Below, piece by piece: positions 9,401 to 24,487 of a stretch of 64,000 bases of DNA; position 1 is the stretch's first letter; every line of letters begins with the position of its first letter. The translations under genes and the position numbers were made by a program. Below the pieces are notes generated by a model. The model was not told where the DNA came from. It made no database searches and saw only the letters and a program-made list of their open reading frames with translations. Origin of the DNA: Tubulanus polymorphus (lineage: Eukaryota > Animalia > Nemertea); assembly GCF_964204645.1 (NCBI RefSeq), contig NC_134028.1, positions 124,001 to 188,000 on the forward strand, written 5' to 3'.

Positions 9401-12400
9401 AGTCCATCATCTTCAGAACCAAAGGCAGCCAGAAAATTCTTAATCTTTCCACCTATCTATTTGAAATCAGTTCAGTTCACCATAACTCATCAATTAAGAT
9501 AGAATTCATCATCTTTAGGACCCTATTTTGCAAGAAAAATCTGTATCTTTCAGTCCATCTACTCGAAATCAGTTCAGTTTACCTTAACCTATCATTTCAG
9601 ATCGAGTCCATCATCTTCAGGAGCATAAATAACCAGAAGATTCTTAATCTTTCAACCTATCTGTTTGAAATCAGTTCAGTACACCCTAACCCATCAATTA
9701 AGATAGAATTCATCATCTTTAGGACCCTATTTTGCAAGAAAAATCTGTATCTTTCAGTCCATCTACTCGAAATCAGTTCAGTTTACCTTAACCTATCATT
9801 TCAGATCGAGTCCATCATCTTCAGGAGCATAAATAACCAGAAAATTCTTAATCTTTCCACCTATCTATTTGAAATCAGTTCAATACGCCTTAGCCCATCT
9901 TTTCAGATTCAGTCCATCATCTTCAGAACCAAAGGCAGCCAGAAAATTCTTAATCTTTCCACCTATCTGTTTGAAATCAGTTCAGTTCACCCTAACCCAT
10001 CAATTTAGATAGAATTCATCATCTTTAGGACCCTATTTTGCAAGAAAAACCTGTATCTTTCAGTCCATCTGCTCGAAATCAGTTCAGTTTACCATAACCT
10101 ATCATTTCAGATCGAGTCCATCATCTTCAGGAGCATAAATAGCCAGAAAATTCTTAATCTTTCCACCTATCTATTTGAAATCAGTTCAATACGCCTTAAC
10201 ACATCTTTTCAGATTGAATCCATCATCTTCAGAACCAAAAGCAGCCAGAAAATTCTGATTCTTTCAACCTATCTATTTGAAATCAGTTCAGTACACCCTA
10301 ACCCATCAATTAAGATAGAACTCATCATCTTTAGGACCCTATTTTGCAAGAAAAACCTGTATCTTTCAGTCCATCTGCTCGAAATTAGTTCAGTTTACCT
10401 TAACCTATCATTTCAGATCGAGTCCATCATCTTCAGGAGCATAAATAGCCAGAAAATTCTTAATCTTTCCACCTATCTATTTGAAATCAGTTCAATACGC
10501 CTTAGCCCATCTTTTCAGATTGAGTCCATCATCTTCAGAACCAAAGGCAGCCAGAAAATTCTGATTCTTTCCACCTATCTATTTGAAATCAGTTCAGTTC
10601 ACCATAACTCATCAATTAAGATAGAATTCATCATCTTTAGGACCCTATTTTGCAAGAAAAATCTGTATCTTTCAGTCCATCTACTCGAAATCAGTTCAGT
10701 TTACCTTAACCTATCATTTCAGATCGAGTCCATCATCTTCAGGAGCATAAATAACCAGAAGATTCTTAATCTTTCAACCTATCTGTTTGAAATCAGTTCA
10801 GTACACCCTAACCCATCAATTAAGATAGAATTCATCATCTTTAGGACCCTATTTTGCAAGAAAAATCTGTATCTTTCAGTCCATCTACTCGAAATCAGTT
10901 CAGTTTACCTTAACCTATCATTTCAGATCGAGTCCATCATCTTCAGGAGCATAAATAACCAGAAGATTCTTAATCTTTCCACCTATCTATTTGAAATCAG
11001 TTCAATACGCCTTAGCCCATCTTTTCAGATTCAGTCCATCATCTTCAGAACCAAAGGCAGCCAGAAAATTCTTAATCTTTCCACCTATCTGTTTGAAATC
11101 AGTTCAGTTCACCCTAACCCATCAATTTAGATAGAATTCATCATCTTTAGGACCCTATTTTTCAAGAAAAATCTGTATCTTTCAGTCCATCTACTCGAAA
11201 TCAGTTCAGTTTACCTTAACCTATCATTTCAGATCGAGTCCATCATCTTCAGGAGCATAAATAACCAGAAAATTCTTAATCTTTCCACCTATCTATTTGA
11301 AATCAGTTCAATACGCCTTAGCCCATCTTTTCAGATTGAGTCCATCATCTTCAGAACCAAAGGCAGCCAGAAAATTCTGATTCTTTCCACCTATCTATTT
11401 GAAATCAGTTCAGTTCACCATAACTCATCAATTAAGATAGAATTCATCATCTTTAGGACCCTATTTTGCAAGAAAAATCTGTATCTTTCAGTCCATCTAC
11501 TCGAAATCAGTTCAGTTTACCTTAACCTATCATTTCAGATCGAGTCCATCATCTTCAGGAGCATAAATAACCAGAAGATTCTTAATCTTTCAACCTATCT
11601 GTTTGAAATCAGTTCAGTACACCCTAACCCATCAATTAAGATAGAATTCATCATCTTTAGGACCCTATTTTGCAAGAAAAATCTGTATCTTTCAGTCCAT
11701 CTACTCGAAATCAGTTCAGTTTACCTTAACCTATCATTTCAGATCGAGTCCATCATCTTCAGGAGCATAAATAACCAGAAAATTCTTAATCTTTCCACCT
11801 ATCTATTTGAAATCAGTTCAATACGCCTTAGCCCATCTTTTCAGATTCAGTCCATCATCTTCAGAACCAAAGGCAGCCAGAAAATTCTTAATCTTTCCAC
11901 CTATCTGTTTGAAATCAGTTCAGTTCACCCTAACCCATCAATTTAGATAGAATTCATCATCTTTAGGACCCTATTTTGCAAGAAAAACCTGTATCTTTCA
12001 GTCCATCTGCTCGAAATCAGTTCAGTTTACCATAACCTATCATTTCACATCGAGTCCATCATCTTCAGGAGCATAAATAGCCAGAAAATTCTTAATCTTT
12101 CCACCTATCTATTTGAAATCAGTTCAATACGCCTTAACACATCTTTTCAGATTGAATCCATCATCTTCAGAACCAAAAGCAGCCAGAAAATTCTGATTCT
12201 TTCAACCTATCTATTTGAAATCAGTTCAGTACACCCTAACCCATCAATTAAGATAGAACTCATCATCTTTAGGACCCTATTTTGCAAGAAAAATCTGTAT
12301 CTTTCAGTCCATCTACTCGAAATCAGTTCAGTTTACCTTAACCTATCATTTCAGATCGAGTCCATCATCTTCAGGAGCATAAATAACCAGAAAATTCTTA

Positions 12401-14700
12401 ATCTTTCCACCTATCTATTTGAAATCAGTTCAATACGCCTTAGCCCATCTTTTCAGATTCAGTCCATCATCTTCAGAACGAAAGGCAGCCAGAAAATTCT
12501 TAATCTTTCCACCTATCTGTTTGAAATCAGTTCAGTTCACCCTAACCCATCAATTTAGATAGAATTCATCATCTTTAGGACCCTATTTTGCAAGAAAAAC
12601 CTGTATCTTTCAGTCCATCTGCTCGAAATTAGTTCAGTTTACCTTAACCTATCATTTCAGATCGAGTCCATCATCTTCAGGAGCATAAATAGCCAGAAAA
12701 TTCTTAATCTTTCCACCTATCTATTTGAAATCAGTTCAATACGCCTTAGCCCATCTTTTCAGATTGAGTCCATCATCTTCAGAACCAAAGGCAGCCAGAA
12801 AATTCTGATTCTTTCCACCTATCTATTTGAAATCAGTTCAGTTCACCATAACTCATCAATTAAGATAGAATTCATCATCTTTAGGACCCTATTTTGCAAG
12901 AAAAATCTGTATCTTTCAGTCCATCTACTCGAAATCAGTTCAGTTTACCTTAACCTATCATTTCAGATCGAGTCCATCATCTTCAGGAGCATAAATAACC
13001 AGAAGATTCTTAATCTTTCAACCTATCTGTTTGAAATCAGTTCAGTACACCCTAACCCATCAATTAAGATAGAATTCATCATCTTTAGGACCCTATTTTG
13101 CAAGAAAAATCTGTATCTTTCAGTCCATCTACTCGAAATCAGTTCAGTTTACCTTAACCTATCATTTCAGATCGAGTCCATCATCTTCAGGAGCATAAAT
13201 AACCAGAAAATTCTTAATCTTTCCACCTATCTATTTGAAATCAGTTCAATACGCCTTAGCCCATCTTTTCAGATTCAGTCCATCATCTTCAGAACCAAAG
13301 GCAGCCAGAAAATTCTTAATCTTTCCACCTATCTGTTTGAAATCAGTTCAGTTCACCCTAACCCATCAATTTAGATAGAATTCATCATCTTTAGGACCCT
13401 ATTTTGCAAGAAAAACCTGTATCTTTCAGTCCATCTGCTCGAAATCAGTTCAGTTTACCATAACCTATCATTTCAGATCGAGTCCATCATCTTCAGGAGC
13501 ATAAATAGCCAGAAAATTCTTAATCTTTCCACCTATCTATTTGAAATCAGTTCAATACGCCTTAACACATCTTTTCAGATTGAATCCATCATCTTCAGAA
13601 CCAAAAGCAGCCAGAAAATTCTGATTCTTTCAACCTATCTATTTGAAATCAGTTCAGTACACCCTAACCCATCAATTAAGATAGAACTCATCATCTTTAG
13701 GACCCTATTTTGCAAGAAAAATCTGTATCTTTCAGTCCATCTGCTCGAAATCAGTTCAGTTTACCTTAACCTATCATTTCAGATCGAGTCCATCATCTTC
13801 AGGAGCATAAATAACCAGAAGATTCTTAATCTTTCAACCTATCTGTTTGAAATCAGTTCAGTACACCCTAACCCATCAATTAAGATAGAATTCATCATCT
13901 TTAGGACCCTATTTTGCAAGAAAAATCTGTATCTTTCAGTCCATCTACTCGAAATCAGTTCAGTTTACCTTAACCTATCATTTCAGATCGAGTCCATCAT
14001 CTTCAGGAGCATAAATAACCAGAAAATTCTTAATCTTTCCACCTATCTATTTGAAATCAGTTCAATACGCCTTAGCCCATCTTTTCAGATTCAGTCCATC
14101 ATCTTCAGAACCAAAGGCAGCCAGAAAATTCTTAATCTTTCCACCTATCTGTTTGAAATCAGTTCAGTTCACCCTAACCCATCAATTTAGATAGAATTCA
14201 TCATCTTTAGGACCCTATTTTGCAAGAAAAACCTGTATCTTTCAGTCCATCTGCTCGAAATCAGTTCAGTTTACCATAACCTATCATTTCAGATCGAGTC
14301 CATCATCTTCAGGAGCATAAATAGCCAGAAAATTCTTAATCTTTCCACCTATCTATTTGAAATCAGTTCAATACGCCTTAACACATCTTTTCAGATTGAA
14401 TCCATCATCTTCAGAACCAAAAGCAGCCAGAAAATTCTGATTCTTTCAACCTATCTATTTGAAATCAGTTCAGTACACCCTAACCCATCAATTAAGATAG
14501 AACTCATCATCTTTAGGACCCTATTTTGCAAGAAAAATCTGTATCTTTCAGTCCATCTGCTCGAAATCAGTTCAGTTTACCTTAACCTATCATTTCAGAT
14601 CGAGTCCATCATCTTCAGGAGCATAAATAGCCAGAAAATTCTTAATCTTTCCACCTATCTATTTGAAATCAGTTCAATACGCCTTAACACATCTTTTCAG
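9300..14700. repeat. Zone of irregular short super-HOR iterations (816, 1122 and 1428 bp = 8, 11 and 14 monomers)
   Basis: The marker CATAACTC at 9481, 10603, 11419 and 12847 gives spacings of 1122, 816 and 1428. AATTTAGATAG C-variants near 13369 and 14185 are 816 apart. Confidence 0.85.
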
Positions 14701-17700
14701 ATTGAATCCATCATCTTCAGAACCAAAAGCAGCCAGAAAATTCTTAATCTTTCAACCTATCTATTTGAAATCAGTTCAGTACACCCTAACCCATCAATTA
14801 AGATAGAATTCATCATCTTTAGGACCCTATTTTGCAAGAAAAATCTGTATCTTTCAGTCCATCTACTTGAAATCAGTTCAGTTTACCTTAACCTATCATT
14901 TCAGATCGAGTCCATCATCTTCAGGAGCATAAATAGCCAGAAAATTCTTAATCTTTCCACCTATCTATTTGAAATCAGTTCAATACGCCTTAGCCCATCT
15001 TTTCAGATTGAGTCCATCATCTTCAGAACCAAAGGCAGCCAGAAAATTCTGATTCTTTCAACCTATCTATTTGAAGTCAGTTCAGTTCACCCTAACCCAT
15101 CAATTAAGATAGAATTCATCATCTTTAGGAGCCTATTTTGCAAGAAAAATCTGTATCTTTCAGTCCATCTACTCGAAATCAGTTCAGTTTACCTTAACCT
15201 ATCATTTCAGATCGAGTCCATCATCTTCAGGAGCATAAATAGCCAGAAAATTCTTAATCTTTCCACCTATCCATTTGAAATCAGTTCAGTACACCCTAAC
15301 CCATCAATTAAGATAGAATTCATCATCTTTAGGACCCTATTTTGCAAGAAAAATCTGTATCTTTCAGTCCATCTACTCGAAATCAGTTCAGTTTACCTTA
15401 ACCTATCATTTCAGATCGAGTCCATCATCTTCAGGAGCATAAATAGCCAGAAAATTCATAATCTTTCCACCTATCTATTTGAAATCAGTTCAATACGCCT
15501 TAGCCCATCTTTTCAGATTCAGTCCATCATCTTCAGAACCAAAGGCAGCCAGAAAATTCTGATTCTTTCAACCTATCTATTTGAAATCAGTTCAGTTCAC
15601 CCTAACCCATCAATTAAGATAGAATTCATCATCTTTAGGACCCTATTTTGCAAGAAAAATCTGTATCTTTCAGTCCATCTACTCGAAATCAGTTCAGTTT
15701 ACCTTAACCTATCATTTCAGATCGAGTCCATCATCTTCAGGAGCATAAATAGCCAGAAAATTCTTAATTTTTCCACCTATCCATTTGAAATCAGTTCAGT
15801 ACACCCTAACCCATCAATTAAGATAGAATTCATCATCTTTAGGACCCTATTTTGCAAGAAAAATCTGTATCTTTCAGTCCATCTACTCGAAATCAGTTCA
15901 GTTTACCTTAACCTATCATTTCAGATCGAGTCCATCATCTTCAGGAGCATAAATAGCCAGAAAATTCTTAATCTTTCCACCTATCTATTTGAAATCAGTT
16001 CAATACGCCTTAGCCCATCTTTTCAGATTCAGTCCATCATCTTCAGAACCAAAGGCAGCCAGAAAATTCTGATTCTTTCAACCTATCTATTTGAAATCAG
16101 TTCAGTACACCCTAACCCATCAATTAAGATAGAACTCATCATTTTTAGGACCCTATTTTGCAAGAAAAATCTGTGTCTTTCAGTCCATCTACTCGAAATC
16201 AGTTCAGTCTACCTTAACCTATCATTTCAGATCGAGTCCATCATCTTCAGGAGCATAAATAGCCAGAAAATTCTTAATCTTTCCACCTATCTATTTGAAA
16301 TCAGTTCAATACGCCTTAACACATCTTTTCAGATTGAATCCATCATCTTCAGAACCAAAAGCAGCCAGAAAATTCTGATTCTTTCAACCTATCTATTTGA
16401 AATCAGTTCAGTACACCCTAACCCATCAATTAAGATAGAATTCATCATCTTTAGGACCCTATTTTGCAAGAAAAATCTGTATCTTTCAGTCCATCTACTC
16501 GAAATCAGTTCAGTTTACCTTAACCTATCATTTCAGATCGAGTCCATCATCTTCAGGAGCATAAATAGCCAGAAAATTCTTAATCTTTCCACCTATCTAT
16601 TTGAAATCAGTTCAATACGCCTTAACACATCTTTTCAGATTGAATCCATCATCTTCAGAACCAAAAGCAGCCAGAAAATTCTTAATCTTTCAACCTATCT
16701 ATTTGAAATCAGTTCAGTACACCCTAACCCATCAATTAAGATAGAATTCATCATCTTTATGACCCTATTTTGCAAGAAAAATCTGTATCTTTCAGTCCAT
16801 CTACTCGAAATCAGTTCAGTTTACCTTAACCTATCATTTCAGATCGAGTCCATCATCTTCAGGAGCATAAATAGCCAGAAAATTCTTAATCTTTCCACCT
16901 ATCTATTTGAAATCAGTTCAATACGCCTTAGCCCATCTTTTCAGATTGAGTCCATCATCTTCAGAACCAAAAGCAGCCAGAAAATTCTGATTCTTTCAAC
17001 CTATCTATTTGAAATCAGTTCAGTACACCCTAACCCATCAATTAAGATAGAATTCATCATCTTTAGGACCCTATTTTGCAAGAAAAATCTGTATCTTTCA
17101 GTCCATCTACTCGAAATCAGTTCAATTTACCTTAACCTATCATTTCAGATCGAGTCCATCATCTTCAGGAGCATAAATAGCCAGAAAATTCTTAATCTTT
17201 CCACCTATCTATTTGAAATCAGTTCAATACGCCTTAACAAATCTTTTCAGATTGAATCCATCATCTTCAGAACCAAAAGCAGCCAGAAAATTCTTAATCT
17301 TTCAACCTATCTATTTGAAATCAGTTCAATACGCCTTAACCCATCTTTTCAGATTGAGTCCATCATCTTCAGAACCAAAGGCAGCAAGAAAATTCTGATT
17401 CTTTCAACCTATCTATTTGAAATCAGTTCAGTACACCCTTACCCATCAATTAAGATAGAATTCATCATCTTTAGGACCCTATTTTGCAAGAAAAATCTGT
17501 ATCTTTCAGTCCATCTACTCGAAATCAGTTCAGTTTACCTTAACCTATAATTTCAGATCGAGTCCATCATCTTCAGGAGCATAAATAACCAGAAAATTCT
17601 TAATCTTTCCACCTATCTATTTGAAATCAGTTCAGTAAACCCTAACCCATCAATTAAGATAGAACTCATCATCTTTAGGACCCTATTTTGAAAGAAAAAT

Positions 17701-20700
17701 CTGTATCTTTCAGTCCATCTGCTCGAAATCAGTTCAGTTTACCTTAACCTATCATTTCAGATCGAGTCCATCATCTTCAGGAGCATAAATAGCCAGAAAA
17801 TTCTTAATCTTTCCACCTATCCATTTGAAATCAGTTCAATACGCCTTAACCCATCTTTTCAGATTGAATCCATCATCTTCAGAACCAAAAGCAGCCAGAA
17901 AATTCTGATTCTTTCAACCTATCTATTTGAAATCAGTTCAGTACACCCTAACCCATCAATTAAGATAGAACTCATCATCTTTAGGACCCTATTTTGCAAG
18001 AAAAATCTGTATCTTTTAGTCCATCAGCTGGAAATCAGTTCAGTTTACCTTAACCTATCATTTCAGATCGAGTCCATCATCTTCAGGAGCATAAATAGCC
18101 AGAAAATTCTTAATCTTTCCACCTATCTATTTGAAATCAGTTCAATACGCCTTAGCCCATCTTTTCAGATTGAGTCCATCATCTTCAGAACCAAAGGCAG
18201 CCAGAAAATTCTGATTCTTTCCACCCATCTATTTGAAATCAGTTCATTTCACCCTAACCCATCAATTAAGGTAGAATTCATCATCTTTAGGACCCTATTT
18301 TGCAAGAAAAATCTGTATCTTTCAGTCCATCTACTCGAAATCAGTTCAGTCTACCTTAACCTATCATTTCAGATCGAGTCCATCATCTTCAGGAGCATAA
18401 ATAGCCACGAAATTCTTAATCTTTCAACCTATCTGTTTGAAATCAGTTCAGTACACCCTAACCCATCAATTAAGATAGAATTCATCATCTTTAGGACCCT
18501 ATTTTGCAAGAAAAATCTGTATCTTTCAGTCCATCTACTCGAAATCAGTTCAGTTTACCTTAACCTATCATTTCAGATCGAGTCCATCATCTTCAGGAGC
18601 ATAAATAACCAGAAAATTCTTAATCTTTCCACCTATCTATTTGAAATCAGTTCAATACGCCTTAGCCCATCTTTTCAGATTCAGTCCATCATCTTCAGAA
18701 CCAAAGGCAGCCAGAAAATTCTTAATCTTTCCACCTATCTGTTTGAAATCAGTTCAGTTCACCCTAACCCATCAATTTAGATAGAATTCATCATCTTTAG
18801 GACCCTATTTTGCAAGAAAAACCTGTATCTTTCAGTCCATCTGCTCGAAATCAGTTCAGTTTACCTTAACCTATCATTTCAGATCGAGTCCATCATCTTC
18901 AGGAGCATAAATAGCCAGAAAATTCTTAATCTTTCCACCTATCTATTTGAAATCAGTTCAATACGCCTTAACACATCTTTTCAGATTGAATCCATCATCT
19001 TCAGAACCAAAAGCAGCCAGAAAATTCTGATTCTTTCAACCTATCTATTTGAAATCAGTTCAGTACACCCTAACCCATCAATTAAGATAGAACTCATCAT
19101 CTTTAGGACCCTATTTTGCAAGAAAAATCTGTATCTTTCAGTCCATCTACTCGAAATCAGTTCAGTTTACCTTAACCTATCATTTCAGATCGAGTCCATC
19201 ATCTTCAGGAGCATAAATAGCCATAAAATTCTTAATCTTTCAACCTATCTATTTGAAATCAGTTCAATACGCCTTAACACATCTTTTCAGATTGAATCCA
19301 TCATCTTCAGAACCAAAAGCAGCCAGAAAATTCTTAATCTTTCCACCTATCTATTTGAAATCAGTTCAATACGCCTTAGCCCATCTTTTCAGATTGAGTC
19401 CATCATCTTCAGAACCAAAGGCAGCCAGAAAATTCTGATTCTTTCCACCCATCTATTTGAAATCAGTTCAGTTCACCCTAACCCATCAATTAAGGTAGAA
19501 TTCATCATCTTTAGGACCCTATTTTGCAAGAAAAATCTGTATCTTTCAGTCCATCTACTCGAAATCAGATCAGTCTACCTTAACCTATCATTTCAGATCG
19601 AGTCCATCATCTTCAGGAGCATAAATAGCCACGAAATTCTTAATCTTTCCACCTATCTATTTGAAATCAGTTCAATACGCCTTAACACATCTTTTCAGAT
19701 TGAATCCATCATCTTCAGAACCAAAAGCAGCCAGAAAATTCTGATTCTTTCAACCTGTCTATTTGAAATCAGTTCAGTACACCCTAACCCATCATTTAAG
19801 ATAGAACTCATCATCTTTAGGACCCTATTTTGCAAGAAAAATCTGTATCTTTCAGTCCATCTGCTCGAAATCAGTTCAGTTTACCTTAACCTATCATTTC
19901 AGATCGAGTCCATCATCTTCAGGAGCATAAATAGCCAGAAAATTCTTAATCTTTCCACCTATCTATTTGAAATCAGTTCAATACGCCTTAACACATCTTT
20001 TCAGATTGAATCCATCATCTTCAGAACCAAAAGCAGCCAGAAAATTCTTAATCTTTCAACCTATCTATTTGAAATCAGTTCAGTACACCCTAACCCATCA
20101 ATTAAGATAGAATTCATCATCTTTAGGACCCTATTTTGCAAGAAAAATCTGTATCTTTCAGTCCATCTACTCGAAATCAGTTCAGTTTACCTTAACCTAT
20201 CATTTCAGATCGAGTCCATCATCTTCAGGAGCATAAATAGCCAGAAAATTCTTAATCTTTCCACCTATCTATTTGAAATCAGTTCAATACGCCTTAGCCC
20301 ATCATTTCAGATCGAGTCCATCATCTTCAGGAGCATAAATAGCCAGAAAATTCTTAATCTTTCCACCTATCCATTTGAAATCAGTTCAATACGCCTTAAC
20401 CCATCTTTTCAGATTGAATCCATCATCTTCAGAACCAAAAGCAGCCAGAAAATTCTGATTCTTTCAACCTATCTATTTGAAATCAGTTCAGTACACCCTA
20501 ACCCATCAATTAAGATAGAACTCATCATCTTTAGGACCCTATTTTGCAAGAAAAATCTGTATCTTTTAGTCCATCAGCTCGAAATCAGTTCAGTTTACCT
20601 TAACCTATCATTTCAGATCGAGTCCATCATCTTCAGGAGCATAAATAGCCAGAAAATTCTTAATCTTTCCACCTATCTATTTGAAATCAGTTCAATACGC

Positions 20701-23700
20701 CTTAGCCCATCTTTTCAGATTGAGTCCATCATCTTCAGAACCAAAGGCAGCCAGAAAATTCTGATTCTTTCCACCCATCTATTTGAAATCAGTTCAGTTC
20801 ACCCTAACCCATCAATTAAGGTAGAATTCATCATCTTTAGGACCCTATTTTGCAAGAAAAATCTGTATCTTTCAGTCCATCTACTCGAAATCAGATCAGT
20901 CTACCTTAACCTATCATTTCAGATCGAGTCCATCATCTTCAGGAGCATAAATAGCCACGAAATTCTTAATCTTTCCACCTATCTATTTGAAATCAGTTCA
21001 ATACGCCTTAACACATCTTTTCAGATTGAATCCATCATCTTCAGAACCAAAAGCAGCCAGAAAATTCTGATTCTTTCAACCTGTCTATTTGAAATCAGTT
21101 CAGTACACCCTAACCCATCATTTCAGATAGAACTCATCATCTTTAGGACCCTATTTTGCAAGAAAAATCTGTATCTTTCAGTCCATCTGCTCGAAATCAG
21201 TTCAGTTTACCTTAACCTATCATTTCAGATCGAGTCCATCATCTTCAGGAGCATAAATAGCCAGAAAATTCTTAATCTTTCCACCTATCTATTTGAAATC
21301 AGTTCAATACGCCTTAACACATCTTTTCAGATTGAATCCATCATCTTCAGAACCAAAGGCAGCCAGAAAATTCTTAATCTTTCCACCTATCTGTTTGAAA
21401 TCAGTTCAGTTCACCCTAACCCATCAATTTAGATAGAATTCATCATCTTTAGGACCCTATTTTGCAAAAAAAACCTGTATCTTTCAGTCCATCTGCTCGA
21501 AATCAGTTCAGTTTACCTTAACCTATCATTTCAGATCGAGTCCATCATCTTCAGGAGCATAAATAGCCAGAAAATTCTTAATCTTTCCACCTATCTATTT
21601 GAAATCAGTTCAATACGCCTTAATACATCTTTTCAGATTGAATCCATCATCTTCAGAACCAAAAGCAGCCAGAAAATTCTGATTCTTTCAACCTATCTAT
21701 TTGAAATCAGTTCAGTACACCCTAACCCATCAATTAAGATAGAACTCATCATCTTTAGGACCCTATTTTGCAAGAAAAATCTGTATCTTTCAGTCCATCT
21801 GCTCGAAATCAGTTCAGTTTACCTTAACCTATCATTTCAGATCGAGTCCATCATCTTCAGGAGCATAAATAGCCAGAAAATTCTTAATCTTTCCACCTAT
21901 CTATTTGAAATCAGTTCAATACGCCTTAACACATCTTTTCAGATTGAATCCATCATCTTCAGAACCAAAAGCAGCCAGAAAATTCTTAATCTTTCAACCT
22001 ATCTATTTGAAATCAGTTCAGTACACCCTAACCCATCAATTAAGATAGAATTAATCATCTTTAGGACCCTATTTTGCAAGAAAAATCTGTATCTTTCAGT
22101 CCATCTACTCGAAATCAGTTCAGTTTACCTTAACCTATCATTTCAGATCGAGTCCATCATCTTCAGGAGCATAAATAGCCAGAAAATTCTTAATCTTTCC
22201 ACCTATCTATTTGAAATCAGTTCAATACGCCTTAACACATCTTTTCAGATTGAATCCATCATCTTCAGAACCAAAAGCAGCCAGAAAATTCTGATTCTTT
22301 CAACCTATCTATTTGAAATCAGTTCAGTACACCCTAACCCATCAATTAAGATAGAACTCATCATCTTTAGGACCCTATTTTGCAAGAAAAATCTGTATCT
22401 TTCAGTCCATCTGCTCGAAATCAGTTCAGTTTACCTTAACCTATCATTTCAGATCGAGTCCATCATCTTCAGGAGCATAAATAGCCAGAAAATTCTTAAT
22501 CTTTCCACCTATCTATTTGAAATCAGTTCAATACGCCTTAACACATCTTTTCAGATTGAATCCATCATCTTCAGAACCAAAAGCAGCCAGAAAATTCTTA
22601 ATCTTTCAACCTATCTATTTGAAATCAGTTCAGTACACCCTAACCCATCAATTAAGATAGAATTCATCATCTTTAGGACCCTATTTTGCAAGAAAAATCT
22701 GTATCTTTCAGTCCATCTACTCGAAATCAGTTCAGTTTACCTTAACCTATCATTTCAGATCGAGTCCATCATCTTCAGGAGCATAAATAGCCAGAAAATT
22801 CTGATTCTTTCCACCTATCTATTTGAAATCAGTTCAGTTCACCCTAACCCATCAATTAAGATAGAATTCATCATCTTTAGGACCCTATTTTGCAAGAAAA
22901 ATCTGTATCTTTCAGTCCATCTACTCGAAATCAGTTCAGTTTACCTTAACCTATCATTTCAGATCGAGTCCATCATCTTCAGGAGCATAAATAGCCAGAA
23001 AATTCTTAATCTTTCCACCTATCCATTTGAAATCAGTTCAGTACACCCTAACCCATCAATTAAGATATAATTCATCATCTTTAGGACCCTATTTTGCAAG
23101 AAAAATCTGTATCTTTCAGTCCATCTACTCGAAATCAGTTCAGTTTACCTTAACCTATCATTTCAGATCGAGTCCATCATCTTCAGGAGCATAAATAGCC
23201 AGAAAATTCTTAATCTTTCCACCTATCTATTTGAAATCAGTTCAATACGCCTTAGCCCATCTTTTCAGATTGAGTCCATCATCTTCAGAACCAAAGGCAG
23301 CCAGAAAATTCTGATTCTTTCCACCTATCTATTTGAAATCAGTTCAGTTCACCCTAACTCATCAATTAAGATAGAATTCATCATCTTTAGGACCCTATTT
23401 TGCAAGAAAAATCTGTATCTTTCAGTCCATCTACTCGAAATCAGTTCAGTTTACCTTAACCTATCATTTCAGATCGAGTCCATCATCTTCAGGAGCATAA
23501 ATAGCCAGAAAATTCTTAATCTTTCCACCTATCTATTTGAAATCAGTTCAATACGCCTTAGCCCATCTTTTCAGATTGAGTCCATCATCTTCAGAACCAA
23601 AGGCAGCCAGAAAATTCTGATTCTTTCAACCTATCTATTTGAAATCAGTTCAGTTCACCCTAACTCATCAATTAAGATAGAATTCATCATCTTTAGGACC

Positions 23701-24487
23701 CTATTTTGCAAGAAAAATCTGTATCTTTCAGTCCATCTACTCGAAATCAGTTCAGTTTACCTTAACCTATCATTTCAGATCGAGTCCATCATCTTCAGGA
23801 GCATAAATAACCAGAAAATTCTTAATCTTTCAACCTATCTGTTTGAAATCAGTTCAGTACACCCTAACCCATCAATTAAGATAGAATTCATCATCTTTAG
23901 GACCCTATTTTGCAAGAAAAATCTGTATCTTTCAGTCCATCTACTCGAAATCAGTTCAGTTTACCTTAACATTTCATTTCAGATCGAGTCCATCATCTTC
24001 AGGAGCATAAATAACCAGAAAATTCTTAATCTTTCCACCTATCTATTTGAAATCAGTTCAATACGCCTTAGCCCATCTTTTCAGATTCAGTCCATCATCT
24101 TCAGAACCAAAGGCAGCCAGAAAATTCTTAATCATTCCACCTATCTGTTTGAAATCAGTTCAGTTCACCCTAACCCATCAATTTAGATAGAATTCATCAT
24201 CTTTAGGACCCTATTTTGCATGAAAAACCTGTATCTTTCAGTCCATCTGCTCGAAATCAGTTCAGTTTACCTTAACCTATCATTTCAGATCGAGTCCATC
24301 ATCTTCAGGAGCATAAATAGCCAGAAAATTCTTAATCTTTCCACCTATCTATTTGAAATCAGTTCAATACGCCTTAACACATCTTTTCAGATTGAATCCA
24401 TCATCTTCAGAACCAAAAGCAGCCAGAAAATTCTGATTCTTTCAACCTATCTATTTGAAATCAGTTCAGTACACCCTAACCCATCAA

